64,000 bases of DNA, taken from Acholeplasmataceae bacterium (GTDB lineage: Bacteria > Bacillota_I > Bacilli_A > Acholeplasmatales > Acholeplasmataceae). The translations under genes and the position numbers were made by a program. The notes beneath the pieces are model-generated. The model saw only the letters and a program-made list of their open reading frames with translations. It was not told where the DNA came from and searched no databases. Shown one piece after another: positions 1 through 10,497 of the stretch (position 1 is the stretch's first letter; each line of letters starts with the position of its first letter). The stretch is taken from assembly GCA_963676765.1 (NCBI GenBank), contig OY781159.1, positions 848,021-912,020 on the forward strand. The letters are read 5' to 3'.

Positions 1-1293
1 ACAAAACTTTATCAAAGTAATGAAATGTCTAGAAACATTCGTGTGATGGCACTTGGAAGAAGAGATATGGATACAAATGAATATCTCAACTATGTTGAGA
101 GTTCAATGCCAGATAAAATAAATAGAGAAATATTAGAGAAAGTTGTTATATATCATAAGATTCAAATTACTGAGCGCAACGGTTATGATGATCTAAGAGC
201 AGCAATTAACAAAGAAAAGGGTGAAGACACGAAAGAATTGTATTATTTAGCTATCGGTCCAGAAATGTTTTCGACGGTTGCTGATCATATTCACACATCG
301 CATATTGTTGAACGTGGTAATGAAAATCAATCCATTGTTTTTGAAAAACCATTTGGTCATGATTTAGAAAGTGCTAAAGCAGTGAATAAATTGTTATGGC
401 AGTATTTCGATGAAAAACAAATTTATCGTATTGATCACTATTTAGGCAAAGAAATGATTCAAAACATATTAATGACTCGATTTGCTAATCGTATTTACGA
501 GGAAGTATGGCATAACAGGACAATTAAATCGATTAAAATCATTGCTAAGGAATCAGATGGTATTTTGGCTAGAGCTGGTTATTATGACCAATCTGGTGCG
601 TTAAAAGACATGGTACAATCACATCTTTTACAAATGCTCAGTTTAACAGCAATGGATACGCCACTTAGCTATCACAGCCAAGATGTTACAGACGAAAAAG
701 TGAAAGTATTAGAACATCTTATCATTGATGAATCATCCATCATTTTTGGTCAATATGACGGGTATTTAAATGAAGATCGCATTGCTAAAGACTCAAAAAC
801 AGATACGTTTGTATTCTTACGTGCATATGTAAATACGCCACGTTTTAAAGGTGTTCCGTTCTACTTGATGACAGGTAAGAAACTAGATGTTAAAGAATCG
901 GTTATTATTGTGGAGTTTGAAGCAACCACGGAACAGAGAAAGTGGGACTTACCATTATCAACAAATAAACTGTACATTAAGATTGCTCCTGAAGATGGAT
1001 TTGCACTACGCTTAAATTCTAAAGTACCAGGATTAAGAACAGATGTACAAGATGTAGAGTTAGAATATTGTGTTGCATGTAATGCGTATGGTAATATGCC
1101 TGAAGCTTATGAGAAGTTATTATTGGATATAACAAATGCTCATAAGACATTATTTACGAGATGGGATGAAATTGAACACTCATGGGCGTTTATTGATCGT
1201 ATTAGAGCACTTGATAATGAACTTATCATTTACAAAGATTATAAAGATCTCGAAGTACTCATTAAAGAGAAAACTGGGGAGGTTATGGCGTGA
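1..1293 (+). CDS. zwf: Glucose-6-phosphate 1-dehydrogenase (5'-partial; frame open to window edge)
   Basis: Motifs YLAIGPEMF, VFEKPFGHD, YRIDHYLGKE, GALKDMVQSH; no stop in frame from base 1. Confidence 0.95.
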   Translation, partial: TKLYQSNEMSRNIRVMALGRRDMDTNEYLNYVESSMPDKINREILEKVVIYHKIQITERNGYDDLRAAINKEKGEDTKELYYLAIGPEMFSTVADHIHTSHIVERGNENQSIVFEKPFGHDLESAKAVNKLLWQYFDEKQIYRIDHYLGKEMIQNILMTRFANRIYEEVWHNRTIKSIKIIAKESDGILARAGYYDQSGALKDMVQSHLLQMLSLTAMDTPLSYHSQDVTDEKVKVLEHLIIDESSIIFGQYDGYLNEDRIAKDSKTDTFVFLRAYVNTPRFKGVPFYLMTGKKLDVKESVIIVEFEATTEQRKWDLPLSTNKLYIKIAPEDGFALRLNSKVPGLRTDVQDVELEYCVACNAYGNMPEAYEKLLLDITNAHKTLFTRWDEIEHSWAFIDRIRALDNELIIYKDYKDLEVLIKEKTGEVMA

Positions 1294-1910
1294 AACGATA
1301 TGATGTATCAATGACAATTGAAGAAAATATGCAGGTCTACAAAAATTACGAGCATAAAAAACCAGTTTTTGAGGTGGTAGCTGATTTTGATAAAGCTGAT
1401 TATCATGAGACAAATGTTACTTTTAATGTACACACAGGTACACACATGGATTTTCCACTACATATGATTAAAGATGGTGATGATTCCTCAACACTTGACT
1501 TAAATCGTATGATTGGTACTGTTAAAGTGTTTGACTTATCAAATGTGGCAGATGCTATTGATTATGAAGATGTCAAGGATTTACCAATTATACCAAAAGA
1601 CAATGTGTTTTTTAAAACTAAAAATAGTATGCGTGATTCATTTGATCCAAATTTTGTTTACTTAAAGTTTGATGCTGCTAAATATTTAGCAGATTTTCAG
1701 TTAAATATCATAGGTGTTGATGGTTTAGGTGTAGAGAGAAGTCAATTTGGACATCCGACGCATAAGTCATTAATGGCTTCTAATACATATATTATTGAAG
1801 GGTTACGTCTAAAAGATGTTGAACCAGGCATTTATTATATGTATGCTTTACCGCTTAAAATTGCTGGTATGGACGCATTACCAATGCGTGTGATTTTGGA
1901 AGAAGTATGA
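1290..1910 (+). CDS. Cyclase family (kynurenine formamidase-like) metal hydrolase
   Basis: HTGTHMDFPLH motif; C-terminal IIEGL and LPLKIAGMDALPMRV. Confidence 0.85.
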   Translation: MKRYDVSMTIEENMQVYKNYEHKKPVFEVVADFDKADYHETNVTFNVHTGTHMDFPLHMIKDGDDSSTLDLNRMIGTVKVFDLSNVADAIDYEDVKDLPIIPKDNVFFKTKNSMRDSFDPNFVYLKFDAAKYLADFQLNIIGVDGLGVERSQFGHPTHKSLMASNTYIIEGLRLKDVEPGIYYMYALPLKIAGMDALPMRVILEEV

Positions 1911-2422
1911 TCAGACAAGCACATATAAATGACATTGATCGTATTTGGGAACTGAGACTCAAGGCATCCTTATTATTAAAAGAAAAAGGTGTTGATCAAT
2001 GGCAATCGATATTTCCAACGAAAGAGCAGTTTTTAAAGGATATCGAACATCATGAATTTTATGTTATAGATGTTGATGATGAAATTGTTGCAATGATGGC
2101 TTTAAAAGGCGGGAACGAATTGACCTATGAAAAGATTTATGATGGTCAGTGGCATTTTGATGAACCATATATGACGATTCACCGGATTGCAGTAGATGAA
2201 CGGTATAAACAATATCGTTATAGCATTAAGTTGCTTGCATTTGCTAAAACAGTAGCAACAAAAGCTGGTATCAATTATTTAAGAATTGATACACATGAAG
2301 ATAATAAAGGTGCGATAAAAAGATTCACATCTTTTGGATTTATATATTGTGGTTATATATTATTATCAGAAAAGCATCCAACAGATCGAAAACGAATCGC
2401 ATTCGATTTGAGATGGGAGTAG
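1907..2422 (+). CDS. GNAT family N-acetyltransferase
   Basis: IHRIAV and LRIDTHEDN motifs; 171 aa. Confidence 0.85.
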   Translation: MIRQAHINDIDRIWELRLKASLLLKEKGVDQWQSIFPTKEQFLKDIEHHEFYVIDVDDEIVAMMALKGGNELTYEKIYDGQWHFDEPYMTIHRIAVDERYKQYRYSIKLLAFAKTVATKAGINYLRIDTHEDNKGAIKRFTSFGFIYCGYILLSEKHPTDRKRIAFDLRWE

Positions 2423-2426
2423 ATTT

Positions 2427-3344
2427 ATGCATATACTAATAAACCCTAAAAACTTTGATAAAAAACGCTTTGAGGGACTTGAGAAATTATTACCTGACGT
2501 TACGTTTACTAATGATTTAAACGATATCTCAATAGATGCGATTATTACTTGGTCAAATGCACTTATTCCTAAGGTGCTTGATCGCTATCCCAATTTAAAA
2601 CTTGCGATGCTACCATCTGCTGGTTATGATAAAGCAGATGTAGCATATTTAAGAAAAAGACAAATTATCTTAACTAACGCACGAGGTGTTTATGATATTC
2701 AAATTGCAGAAGATGTTATCGCTAAAATGCTCTATTTTAATCGTGACATGATGGGATATCAAAAATTAATGTATAATGCAAGTTGGGAGCCAAAAAATGT
2801 TTTTTTTGATATATTTGGTCAAACGATTGGTATCGTTGGTGCAGGTTCAATTGGTAGAAGAATTGCTAAGGTATTAGGCGGTTTTGATGCACATATTATT
2901 GGTTATAGAAGAAATGAATCACCGTTACCAGAATTTGATGAAATACTAACTGGAGATGACGGGTTAGCTGATCTATTAAAACGTAGTGATTATGTCATTT
3001 TGGCTGTTCCATTGAACAAACATACAACCCATATGATCAATGAAAATGCACTTAAAATGATGAAAAAAGAGGCACTGCTTATCAATATAGCAAGAGGTGA
3101 TGTTATTGAACAAAATGCCTTAATAAAGGCATTAAATGAAGAATGGATACGTGGTGCAGCTTTAGATGTTGTAACCCCAGAACCATTACCAAGTGACCAT
3201 CCTTTATGGTGTGCGAAAAATGTATTCATCTCACCACATGTTGCTGGCAATTCACCGAAAGCACATGCGCGTGTTGATAGTTTATTGGCTCGTGTGATTA
3301 GACAATATCTTGATGAAGAGCCAATTGATAATCGGATTTGCTAA
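2427..3344 (+). CDS. D-2-hydroxyacid dehydrogenase (NAD-binding)
   Basis: GIVGAGSIG, INIARG, GAALDV, SPHVAG. Confidence 0.9.
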   Translation: MHILINPKNFDKKRFEGLEKLLPDVTFTNDLNDISIDAIITWSNALIPKVLDRYPNLKLAMLPSAGYDKADVAYLRKRQIILTNARGVYDIQIAEDVIAKMLYFNRDMMGYQKLMYNASWEPKNVFFDIFGQTIGIVGAGSIGRRIAKVLGGFDAHIIGYRRNESPLPEFDEILTGDDGLADLLKRSDYVILAVPLNKHTTHMINENALKMMKKEALLINIARGDVIEQNALIKALNEEWIRGAALDVVTPEPLPSDHPLWCAKNVFISPHVAGNSPKAHARVDSLLARVIRQYLDEEPIDNRIC

Positions 3345-3352
3345 ACTTTAGT

Positions 3353-3377
3353 AAGTGAGTTTATGACTCACTTTTTT
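3353..3377 (+). terminator. Intrinsic terminator
   Basis: AAGTGAGT-ttatg-ACTCACTT plus T-run after the four-gene operon. Confidence 0.85.
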
Positions 3378-3390
3378 ATTTGGATTAATG

Positions 3391-3447
3391 TTGACAAAAA
3401 AAGATAGTGTGATAGAATAAGACATAGATATTTTGAAATTCAAAATA
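3391..3447 (+). promoter_or_regulatory. Sigma-A promoter of the acc/fab operon with downstream palindrome
   Basis: TTGACA (3391), 16 bp, TGn-TAGAAT (3413); inverted repeat TATTTTGAA-A-TTCAAAATA at 3429-3447. Confidence 0.65.
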
Positions 3448-3510
3448 ATATGGAATTACGATCTTATTTTTATGTTAAATGTGCATCAAGAGAGTACAAG
3501 TTGACAAACT

Positions 3511-3969
3511 ATGAAAAGGGTAAAACGTGAGCATATGACAATTAAAGAAATTCAAGCAATTATTAAAGATTTTGAGAAATCAAGCCTAAGGACACTAGAA
3601 ATTGAAAATGAAGGTGTCAAAATTAAACTGTCTAAAAATGAGCATGGTGATACAGTCGTGCCATTACCGATAAAACAATCTGAACTAGAACAAAACATAA
3701 CGAAAAGTCAAAGCCCAAAAGGTGAAACCATTAATGCACCACTTGTTGGTACTTTTTATGGTGCATCTACACCGGGTGGTGATCCATTTGTTACTGTTGG
3801 TCAATCAGTTAAAAAAGGTGATGTTGTATGTATTATTGAAGCTATGAAAATCATGAATGAAATAACAGCTCAAATGGATGGTAAAATTGGCGAAATATTA
3901 GTTCATGATAAGGATGTTGTGAGTTTTGATCAACCACTCATGACAGTTGTGAAAGACTATGAAGCATAA
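3511..3969 (+). CDS. accB: Acetyl-CoA carboxylase biotin carboxyl carrier protein (start may be 3535)
   Basis: EAMKIMN biotinylation motif; APLVGTFY. Confidence 0.95.
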   Translation: MKRVKREHMTIKEIQAIIKDFEKSSLRTLEIENEGVKIKLSKNEHGDTVVPLPIKQSELEQNITKSQSPKGETINAPLVGTFYGASTPGGDPFVTVGQSVKKGDVVCIIEAMKIMNEITAQMDGKIGEILVHDKDVVSFDQPLMTVVKDYEA

Positions 3970-5323
3970 AGTATTAATTGCAAATCGTGGAGAAATTGCT
4001 GTTAGAGTTATTCGTGCTTTAAAGGAGTTAAATATAGAAACAGTTGCTGTATACGCAAAAGCAGACAAGGATAGTTTGCATGTTAAATTAGCAGATGAAG
4101 CTATTTGCATTGGTGAAGCAGCAAGTAAAGATAGTTACTTAAATATGAATCGTGTTTTAAGTGCTGCTGTAGCAACCGGATCTAATGCAATCCATCCGGG
4201 TTACGGCTTTTTGTCTGAGAATCCTGAATTTGTTGAAATGGTCGAAAGCTGTGGTATTCATTTTATTGGACCATCAGCGGATGCGATTAAACTTGCAGGT
4301 GATAAGGCTGCTGCTAGAAAAGCAGCAAAGAAAGCAGGAATTCCAATTGTAGAAGGTAGTGAAGGTGTCGTCAAAGATGTCGAAGAAGGCTTGAGAATAG
4401 CAAGAGATATTGGTTATCCAGTTATGATTAAAGCAGCAAGTGGAGGTGGCGGTAGAGGTATTTCTATTGCGCGTTCTGCAAAAGCATTTAAGGATGCTTT
4501 TCAAAGAACATCATTAGAAGCTGAATCATCTTTTGGTAACCCGATGCTTTATGTTGAAAAATTTATTGAATCACCTAGACATGTGGAAATACAAGTTTTA
4601 GCGGACAAACATGGTAATGTTGTTCATTTATATGAAAGAGACTGCAGTATGCAAAGAAGAAATCAAAAAATGATTGAAGAAACACCCTCACCATTTATAT
4701 CTGATGCAGTCAGACATAAATTAGGGTTAGCTGCTGTTAGGCTAACTAAAGCTATTAAATACGTCAACGCAGGTACTGTTGAATTTCTTGTAGACCAAAA
4801 AGGTGATTTTTACTTTATTGAAATGAATACGAGAATTCAAGTTGAACATCCAATCACTGAAATGGTAACTGGTGTTGATTTAGTTAAAGAACAAATCCGT
4901 ATTGCTTATGGTAAACCACTGGATTTAAAACAACGTGATATAAAACCAAAAGGACATTCAATTGAGTGTCGAATAAATGCGGAAGATCCACTTCGAGGAT
5001 TTATGCCAACACCAGGTAAGATAACTAATGTATTGTTCCCTGGTGGTATTGGTATTCGATTAGATACACATATTTATCCTGGATATAGTGTGCCACCATT
5101 TTATGATTCAATGTTAGCAAAACTCATCGTTTATGCACCAACAAGATTAGAAGCAATTCGTAAAATGAGAGTCGCATTAGAACAATTTATGGTAGAAGGT
5201 ATCAAGACAAATGTTGAATATCAATATCTTATTATGCATAATCCTGATTTTATTAAAGGACAGTATGATACCGGCTTTATTGAGCGGTTTAATAACTTAG
5301 TGAAGGATGTTGAAGATGAATGA
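3959..5323 (+). CDS. accC: Acetyl-CoA carboxylase biotin carboxylase
   Basis: IANRGEIA, IHPGYGFLSEN, EMNTRIQVEHP, YDSMLAKL. Confidence 0.97.
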   Translation: MKHKVLIANRGEIAVRVIRALKELNIETVAVYAKADKDSLHVKLADEAICIGEAASKDSYLNMNRVLSAAVATGSNAIHPGYGFLSENPEFVEMVESCGIHFIGPSADAIKLAGDKAAARKAAKKAGIPIVEGSEGVVKDVEEGLRIARDIGYPVMIKAASGGGGRGISIARSAKAFKDAFQRTSLEAESSFGNPMLYVEKFIESPRHVEIQVLADKHGNVVHLYERDCSMQRRNQKMIEETPSPFISDAVRHKLGLAAVRLTKAIKYVNAGTVEFLVDQKGDFYFIEMNTRIQVEHPITEMVTGVDLVKEQIRIAYGKPLDLKQRDIKPKGHSIECRINAEDPLRGFMPTPGKITNVLFPGGIGIRLDTHIYPGYSVPPFYDSMLAKLIVYAPTRLEAIRKMRVALEQFMVEGIKTNVEYQYLIMHNPDFIKGQYDTGFIERFNNLVKDVEDE

Positions 5324-6188
5324 TTTTATCGAAGAACGCAAGAAGAAACTAGAGCGTTTTAAAAAAACTGTTCGTAAAAAACCGACGACATCTGAGCCAA
5401 TTGATATTCCATCAGGTTTATTTATTAAGTGCGAACGTTGTCAAGCTGCTATTTATGAAAAAAACTTAAAAGCAAATCAATTGATATGTCCTTATTGTGA
5501 CTTTCATTTTAGAATGCCTGCAAAGGACCGTTTATCAACAGTTGTCGATGATGGATCATTCACATCACTTTTTGATGACATAAAGTCGCTTAATCCGCTC
5601 GATATGGATGGATATCATGCAAAATTAGAAAAGGCAAAGGCGAATAGTTCGCTTGATGAGGCATTTTATTGTGGTACTGCTAAAATTGTTGGTTTAAGAG
5701 TCGCTATTGGAGTGCTAGATAGTTTCTTTATGATGGGAAGCATGGGAAGTGCTGTCGGTGAACGTGTCACAAGATTAATAGAATATGCATTGAAAGAACA
5801 ACTGCCACTTATTATTTTTTCTGCCAGTGGCGGTGCACGTATGCAAGAAGGTATTCTATCGTTAATGCAAATGGCTAAAACGTCTGCTGCACTTGCTAAA
5901 CTTGATGAAAAAGGGTTACTATATATAAGTGTTTTAACAAACCCAACGACAGGCGGGGTTGCTGCTAGTTTCGCATCACTAGGTGATATTATTATTGCAG
6001 AAAAATCAGCGTTAATTGGTTTCGCAGGTGCAAGAGTCATAAAACAGACCATTAATCAAGATTTACCAAAAGGTTTTCAAACAGATGAATTTCAATTAAA
6101 GCATGGTCAAGTTGATATGGTAGTAGGTAGAAAAGACATGCGTAAAACACTCTATCAATTGTTATTGTTACACGAGGTGAAAGCATGA
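5316..6188 (+). CDS. accD: Acetyl-CoA carboxylase carboxyltransferase beta subunit
   Basis: Zn ribbon CERC...CPYC; SGGARMQEG; PTTGGV. Confidence 0.96.
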   Translation: MNDFIEERKKKLERFKKTVRKKPTTSEPIDIPSGLFIKCERCQAAIYEKNLKANQLICPYCDFHFRMPAKDRLSTVVDDGSFTSLFDDIKSLNPLDMDGYHAKLEKAKANSSLDEAFYCGTAKIVGLRVAIGVLDSFFMMGSMGSAVGERVTRLIEYALKEQLPLIIFSASGGARMQEGILSLMQMAKTSAALAKLDEKGLLYISVLTNPTTGGVAASFASLGDIIIAEKSALIGFAGARVIKQTINQDLPKGFQTDEFQLKHGQVDMVVGRKDMRKTLYQLLLLHEVKA

Positions 6189-7015
6189 ATGCATGGAATC
6201 GTGTACAATTGGCAAGACATCCGAAAAGACCAACTGCTGAACAGGTAGTCGATGCGTTGTTTAGTGATTTTATTGAACTTCATGGTGATAGATGTTTTGG
6301 TGATGATAAGGCAATTATTGGCGGTTTAGCATTGTTTAATGGTATACCTGTAACGGTTATTTATGAAGAAAAGGGTCGCACTACAACTGAAAAGATTACA
6401 CACAATTTTGGGATGCCTCATCCGGAAGGTTATCAGAAGGCCTTACGTCTGATGAAACAAGCGGAAAAATTCCAACGTCCAATCATTACAATTATTGATA
6501 CACCAGGTGCTTATCCAGGTATTGAGGCAGAAGAAAGAGGTCAAGCTAGAGCTATCGCTGTAAACTTAATAGAAATGAGCCGCATCGAAACACCAATCAT
6601 TACGATTATTTTATCGGAAGGCGGATCAGGTGGTGCATTAGCAATAGGTGTCGCAGATGAATTATTTATGTTTGAAAATGCGATTTATTCTGTGTTGTCA
6701 CCAGAAGGATTCGCATCTATCTTATACAAAGATGCAAGTAAGGCGAAAGAAATTGCGCCAATGATGAAATTAACTGCAGAGGATTTGTTAGCATTTAACG
6801 TAATTGATCATATTATTGAAGAAGGTGTAGGATTACACGAAGATAGTGATATTGGGTTTAAACAATTAAAAAAAGCGTTAGATAAATCCATCAAGTCACA
6901 ACTTAAAATAAATGTAGAAGATCGATTAAATAAACGTTATGACAAATATAGACAAATAGGTTTATATCAAGAAGGAGAATGTCATGAAACCAATAAACAT
7001 TCAATTAAAGAGTAG
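6185..7015 (+). CDS. accA: Acetyl-CoA carboxylase carboxyltransferase alpha subunit
   Basis: ARHPKRP, NFGMPHPEGY, IDTPGAYPG, EGGSGGA. Confidence 0.96.
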   Translation: MNAWNRVQLARHPKRPTAEQVVDALFSDFIELHGDRCFGDDKAIIGGLALFNGIPVTVIYEEKGRTTTEKITHNFGMPHPEGYQKALRLMKQAEKFQRPIITIIDTPGAYPGIEAEERGQARAIAVNLIEMSRIETPIITIILSEGGSGGALAIGVADELFMFENAIYSVLSPEGFASILYKDASKAKEIAPMMKLTAEDLLAFNVIDHIIEEGVGLHEDSDIGFKQLKKALDKSIKSQLKINVEDRLNKRYDKYRQIGLYQEGECHETNKHSIKE

Positions 7016-7913
7016 CGGAAAATATGTTCCTAGTGGTATCATAACCAATGAGGACTTGGAAAAAATGGTTGAAACGTCTGATGAGTGGATTGTCACACGT
7101 ACAGGTATAAAAACGCGACATAAAGTAAGTGATGAAACAGTTACTGATCTTGCATATAAAGCAGCTCTAGATGCAATCAAAAAAGTGAATTATGATAAAG
7201 AAAAAATAGATCTCATTATCGTTGCGACAATTACAAATTCATTAAGAACACCGTCTGTAGCAAACGAAATTCAACGTTTATTAGGATTAACACATGACGT
7301 AATGAGTTTTGATGTAACCGCTGCATGTACTGGCTTTATATACGGTATGGATGTAGCAGCTTCATTGTTTTTGTCAAGTCGATTTAAATCTGCATTAATT
7401 ATTGGTGCTGAAACATTAACAAAAGTCGTGGATTATAAAGATAGAAATACATGTATCCTATTTGGTGATGGGGCTGGTGCTGTTATTGTTGAGCCAACGA
7501 ACATCGATAAACCAAGTTATTATTACTCAGCTGCTATTGGTGATCCAAATGGTTATTTAACAGTTGAAAAACATATTAAAATGGACGGTAAACGTGTTTA
7601 TTTGTTCGCTGTTGATGCGATGCAAAAAGGCATTGAAAAAATGCTTCATGATAGTGGATTATCAATCGATGAAATAGACGCAATCATTCCCCATCAAGCA
7701 AATTATCGAATTATTCAAGCGGTCGCTAAAAATATGGATATACCAATTGAAAAATTTGTCATGAATATTGCTGAATATGGGAATACATCAGCAGCAAGTA
7801 TTCCAATCACATTAAATGCTTACTTACAAGCGAATGATAAACCTGATCAAAAAATCATATTTGTTGGCTTTGGTGGCGGGTTTACATGGGGCAGTGCCCT
7901 AATTACACTATAG
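6984..7913 (+). CDS. fabH: Beta-ketoacyl-ACP synthase III
   Basis: AACTGF, HQANYRI, GNTSAAS catalytic motifs. Confidence 0.96.
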   Translation: MKPINIQLKSSGKYVPSGIITNEDLEKMVETSDEWIVTRTGIKTRHKVSDETVTDLAYKAALDAIKKVNYDKEKIDLIIVATITNSLRTPSVANEIQRLLGLTHDVMSFDVTAACTGFIYGMDVAASLFLSSRFKSALIIGAETLTKVVDYKDRNTCILFGDGAGAVIVEPTNIDKPSYYYSAAIGDPNGYLTVEKHIKMDGKRVYLFAVDAMQKGIEKMLHDSGLSIDEIDAIIPHQANYRIIQAVAKNMDIPIEKFVMNIAEYGNTSAASIPITLNAYLQANDKPDQKIIFVGFGGGFTWGSALITL

Positions 7914-7923
7914 GAGAATAACA

Positions 7924-8856
7924 ATGAAAAATTTTGCAGAAATGTTAGGAATTAAATATCCTGTTATCCAAGGTGGTATGGCAAATATCGCGACAGCAGA
8001 ACTAGCTTCAGCGGTTTCTAATGCCGGTGGTCTTGGTTTAATTGGAGCTGGTGGTTATGATGCCAGTTGGGTCAGAGAAGAAATCAGAAAATGCAGAGAA
8101 ATGACAGATAAACCTTTTGGTGTGAATATTATGCTCATGAGCCCACATGCATCAAATATTGCAAAAGTTATTGTTGAAGAAGGCGTTAAAATTGTGACAA
8201 CTGGCGCAGGTTCTCCAGGTATTTACATGGATGAATGGAAGAAAAATGGTATAACAGTCATACCTGTTGTTCCATCAGCTGCACTTGCAAGACGTGTCGA
8301 AAGAATGGGTGCAGATGCCGTAGTTTGTGAAGGTACTGAAGCAGGTGGACATATTGGTGAATTAACAACAATGGCAATGGTACCACAAGTGGTTGATGTA
8401 GTGAAAATTCCAGTAATAGCTGCAGGTGGTATTGCTGATCAACGTGGCGTATTAGCCGCTTTTGCCTTAGGTGCAAAAGGTGTCCAAATTGGTACCGTTC
8501 TATTAGCAACCAAAGAATGCCCAGTTCATGAGAACTATAAACAAATGGTTGTTAGAGCAAAGGATACGGATACTGTTGTTACAGGCAGACAAACAAAAGC
8601 ACCTGTACGTGTGATTAAAAATATGATGTCAACAGAGTATTTATCAATGAGTTTGAAAGGTGTTGACCTTATGGAATTAGAAAAATTAACATTAGGTTCA
8701 TTAAGACGTGCTGTATTTGATGGTGATATGGATCGTGGATCCTTTATGGCTGGACAATCAGCAGGTCTAGTTCATGAAATTAAAACAGTCAAAGATGTTT
8801 TATCAGATCTCTTTGATGGTGTGAATGCATATAAAGATCAATTGGAAGTGATGTAG
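7924..8856 (+). CDS. fabK: Enoyl-ACP reductase II (FMN-dependent)
   Basis: PVIQGGMA, EGTEAGGHIG, IAAGGIAD; position in fab operon. Confidence 0.92.
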   Translation: MKNFAEMLGIKYPVIQGGMANIATAELASAVSNAGGLGLIGAGGYDASWVREEIRKCREMTDKPFGVNIMLMSPHASNIAKVIVEEGVKIVTTGAGSPGIYMDEWKKNGITVIPVVPSAALARRVERMGADAVVCEGTEAGGHIGELTTMAMVPQVVDVVKIPVIAAGGIADQRGVLAAFALGAKGVQIGTVLLATKECPVHENYKQMVVRAKDTDTVVTGRQTKAPVRVIKNMMSTEYLSMSLKGVDLMELEKLTLGSLRRAVFDGDMDRGSFMAGQSAGLVHEIKTVKDVLSDLFDGVNAYKDQLEVM

Positions 8857-9770
8857 TGAGTAAGTTAGCATTATTATTTGCTGGTCAAGGTAGTCATTAT
8901 GTTGGAATGGGGTTAGATTATAAGTCACCCCTATTTAGAAAAGCACATGACTTACTTGGCTATTGCCCAAAAGACGTTTTAAATGAACAAGAAAAACTAG
9001 ACCAAACACTGTATGCGCAACCACTTATTATTTTAAAGTCACTTATTGGGTTTGAATGTCTAAAAGAAACAATCAAATATGATGGTGTACTGGGATTTAG
9101 CTTAGGCGAATATAGTGCATTATATGCCGCGGGTATTTTTGATTTTGAACAGTTATTAACATTAGTTTCTATAAGAGCTAACTTAATGCAAGAAGCAGCA
9201 TTATTAACACCTGGGCAGATGGCGGCAATCATTGGTTTAGATGAAGCATCTATTCAGTCTGTTTGTGAATCATTACATGATGAATGTTTAATTGCAAATT
9301 ATAATTCACCTAGTCAATATGTGATTTCTGGTTCAGTTAAAGCGGTTGATCAAGCAACTGTTCTATTAAAAGAAAAAGGTGCAAGACGTGTCGTGAAACT
9401 TAATGTTTCTGGTGCATTCCATTCACCATTAATGGCTCCAGTAAGCCTTAAGTTTGAAAATGAGCTTAAAAAATATGATGCTAGATTAGCTCAAGTTCCA
9501 GTTTATATGAACAGGACTGCAAAGCCACTTGAAAGTGATATATTAAAATCACTTATGGCGGCACAGATTAGTCATCCAGTTTTATTTATACAATCAATTG
9601 AACAAATGAAAAAAGATGGTTTTACACATTTTTTAGAAATTGGACCAGGAAAAACATTAAGTTCGTTTATAAAAAAAATAGATCGTAATTTAGAAGTTAT
9701 GAACTTTGATACATATGAACAATTAGAAGAAGTGAAAGGATGGTTGGAAAAGCATGGATTTAACAAATAG
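8856..9770 (+). CDS. fabD: Malonyl-CoA:ACP transacylase
   Basis: FAGQGS, GFSLGEY, VSGAFHSPLM, EIGPGK. Confidence 0.95.
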   Translation: MSKLALLFAGQGSHYVGMGLDYKSPLFRKAHDLLGYCPKDVLNEQEKLDQTLYAQPLIILKSLIGFECLKETIKYDGVLGFSLGEYSALYAAGIFDFEQLLTLVSIRANLMQEAALLTPGQMAAIIGLDEASIQSVCESLHDECLIANYNSPSQYVISGSVKAVDQATVLLKEKGARRVVKLNVSGAFHSPLMAPVSLKFENELKKYDARLAQVPVYMNRTAKPLESDILKSLMAAQISHPVLFIQSIEQMKKDGFTHFLEIGPGKTLSSFIKKIDRNLEVMNFDTYEQLEEVKGWLEKHGFNK

Positions 9771-10497
9771 GGTTGCTTTAGTAACTGGTGGTGCATCAGG
9801 TATTGGTGAGGCCATTACGCGTGTTTTAGCAAATCATCACGCTCATATTGTTATAAATTATAGAAGTAGTGCAAAAGAAGCAGAAGCACTTGTTGAAGAG
9901 ATTAAGGCTAGTGGTGGTCAAGCGATAGCTGTTAAAGCAGATATTCGTAATTTTGATGAAGCAAAAACTCTAGTTGATGAAGCAATGAAGGTTTTTGGAC
10001 AAATAGATATTGTTGTTAATAACGCTGGCATTACCGATGATAGTCTTATATTAAGAATGAGTGAAGACCAATTTGATCGTGTTGTGGATACCAATTTAAA
10101 GGGTGTATGGCACGTTTGCAAACATGCAGCAAGACCACTTTTAAAATCTAAAAGCGGACGCCTCATTAATATTACAAGTGTTGCTGGTATTACTGGCAAT
10201 GTTGGACAATCTAATTACAGTGCTGCGAAGGCAGGGGTCATAGGGTTAACGAAAACCCTGGCTAGAGAGTTTGCCAGTAGAAAAGTAACTGTAAATGCGA
10301 TTGCTCCTGGTTTTATTGAAACAAAAATGACTGCTGAATTAAGTCCTGAAATTGTTTCCTCATTTATGGATACAATCCCGTTAAAACGCTTTGGTAAACC
10401 AGAAGAGGTTGCTAATGCAGTATTGTTTTTAGCAAGCGAAGAAGCATCTTATATTACAGGTCAGATTTTATCTGTTAATGGAGGAATGGTGATTTAA
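9754..10497 (+). CDS. fabG: 3-oxoacyl-ACP reductase
   Basis: TGGASGIG, NNAGIT, YSAAK, NAIAPGFI. Confidence 0.95.
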   Translation: MDLTNRVALVTGGASGIGEAITRVLANHHAHIVINYRSSAKEAEALVEEIKASGGQAIAVKADIRNFDEAKTLVDEAMKVFGQIDIVVNNAGITDDSLILRMSEDQFDRVVDTNLKGVWHVCKHAARPLLKSKSGRLINITSVAGITGNVGQSNYSAAKAGVIGLTKTLAREFASRKVTVNAIAPGFIETKMTAELSPEIVSSFMDTIPLKRFGKPEEVANAVLFLASEEASYITGQILSVNGGMVI

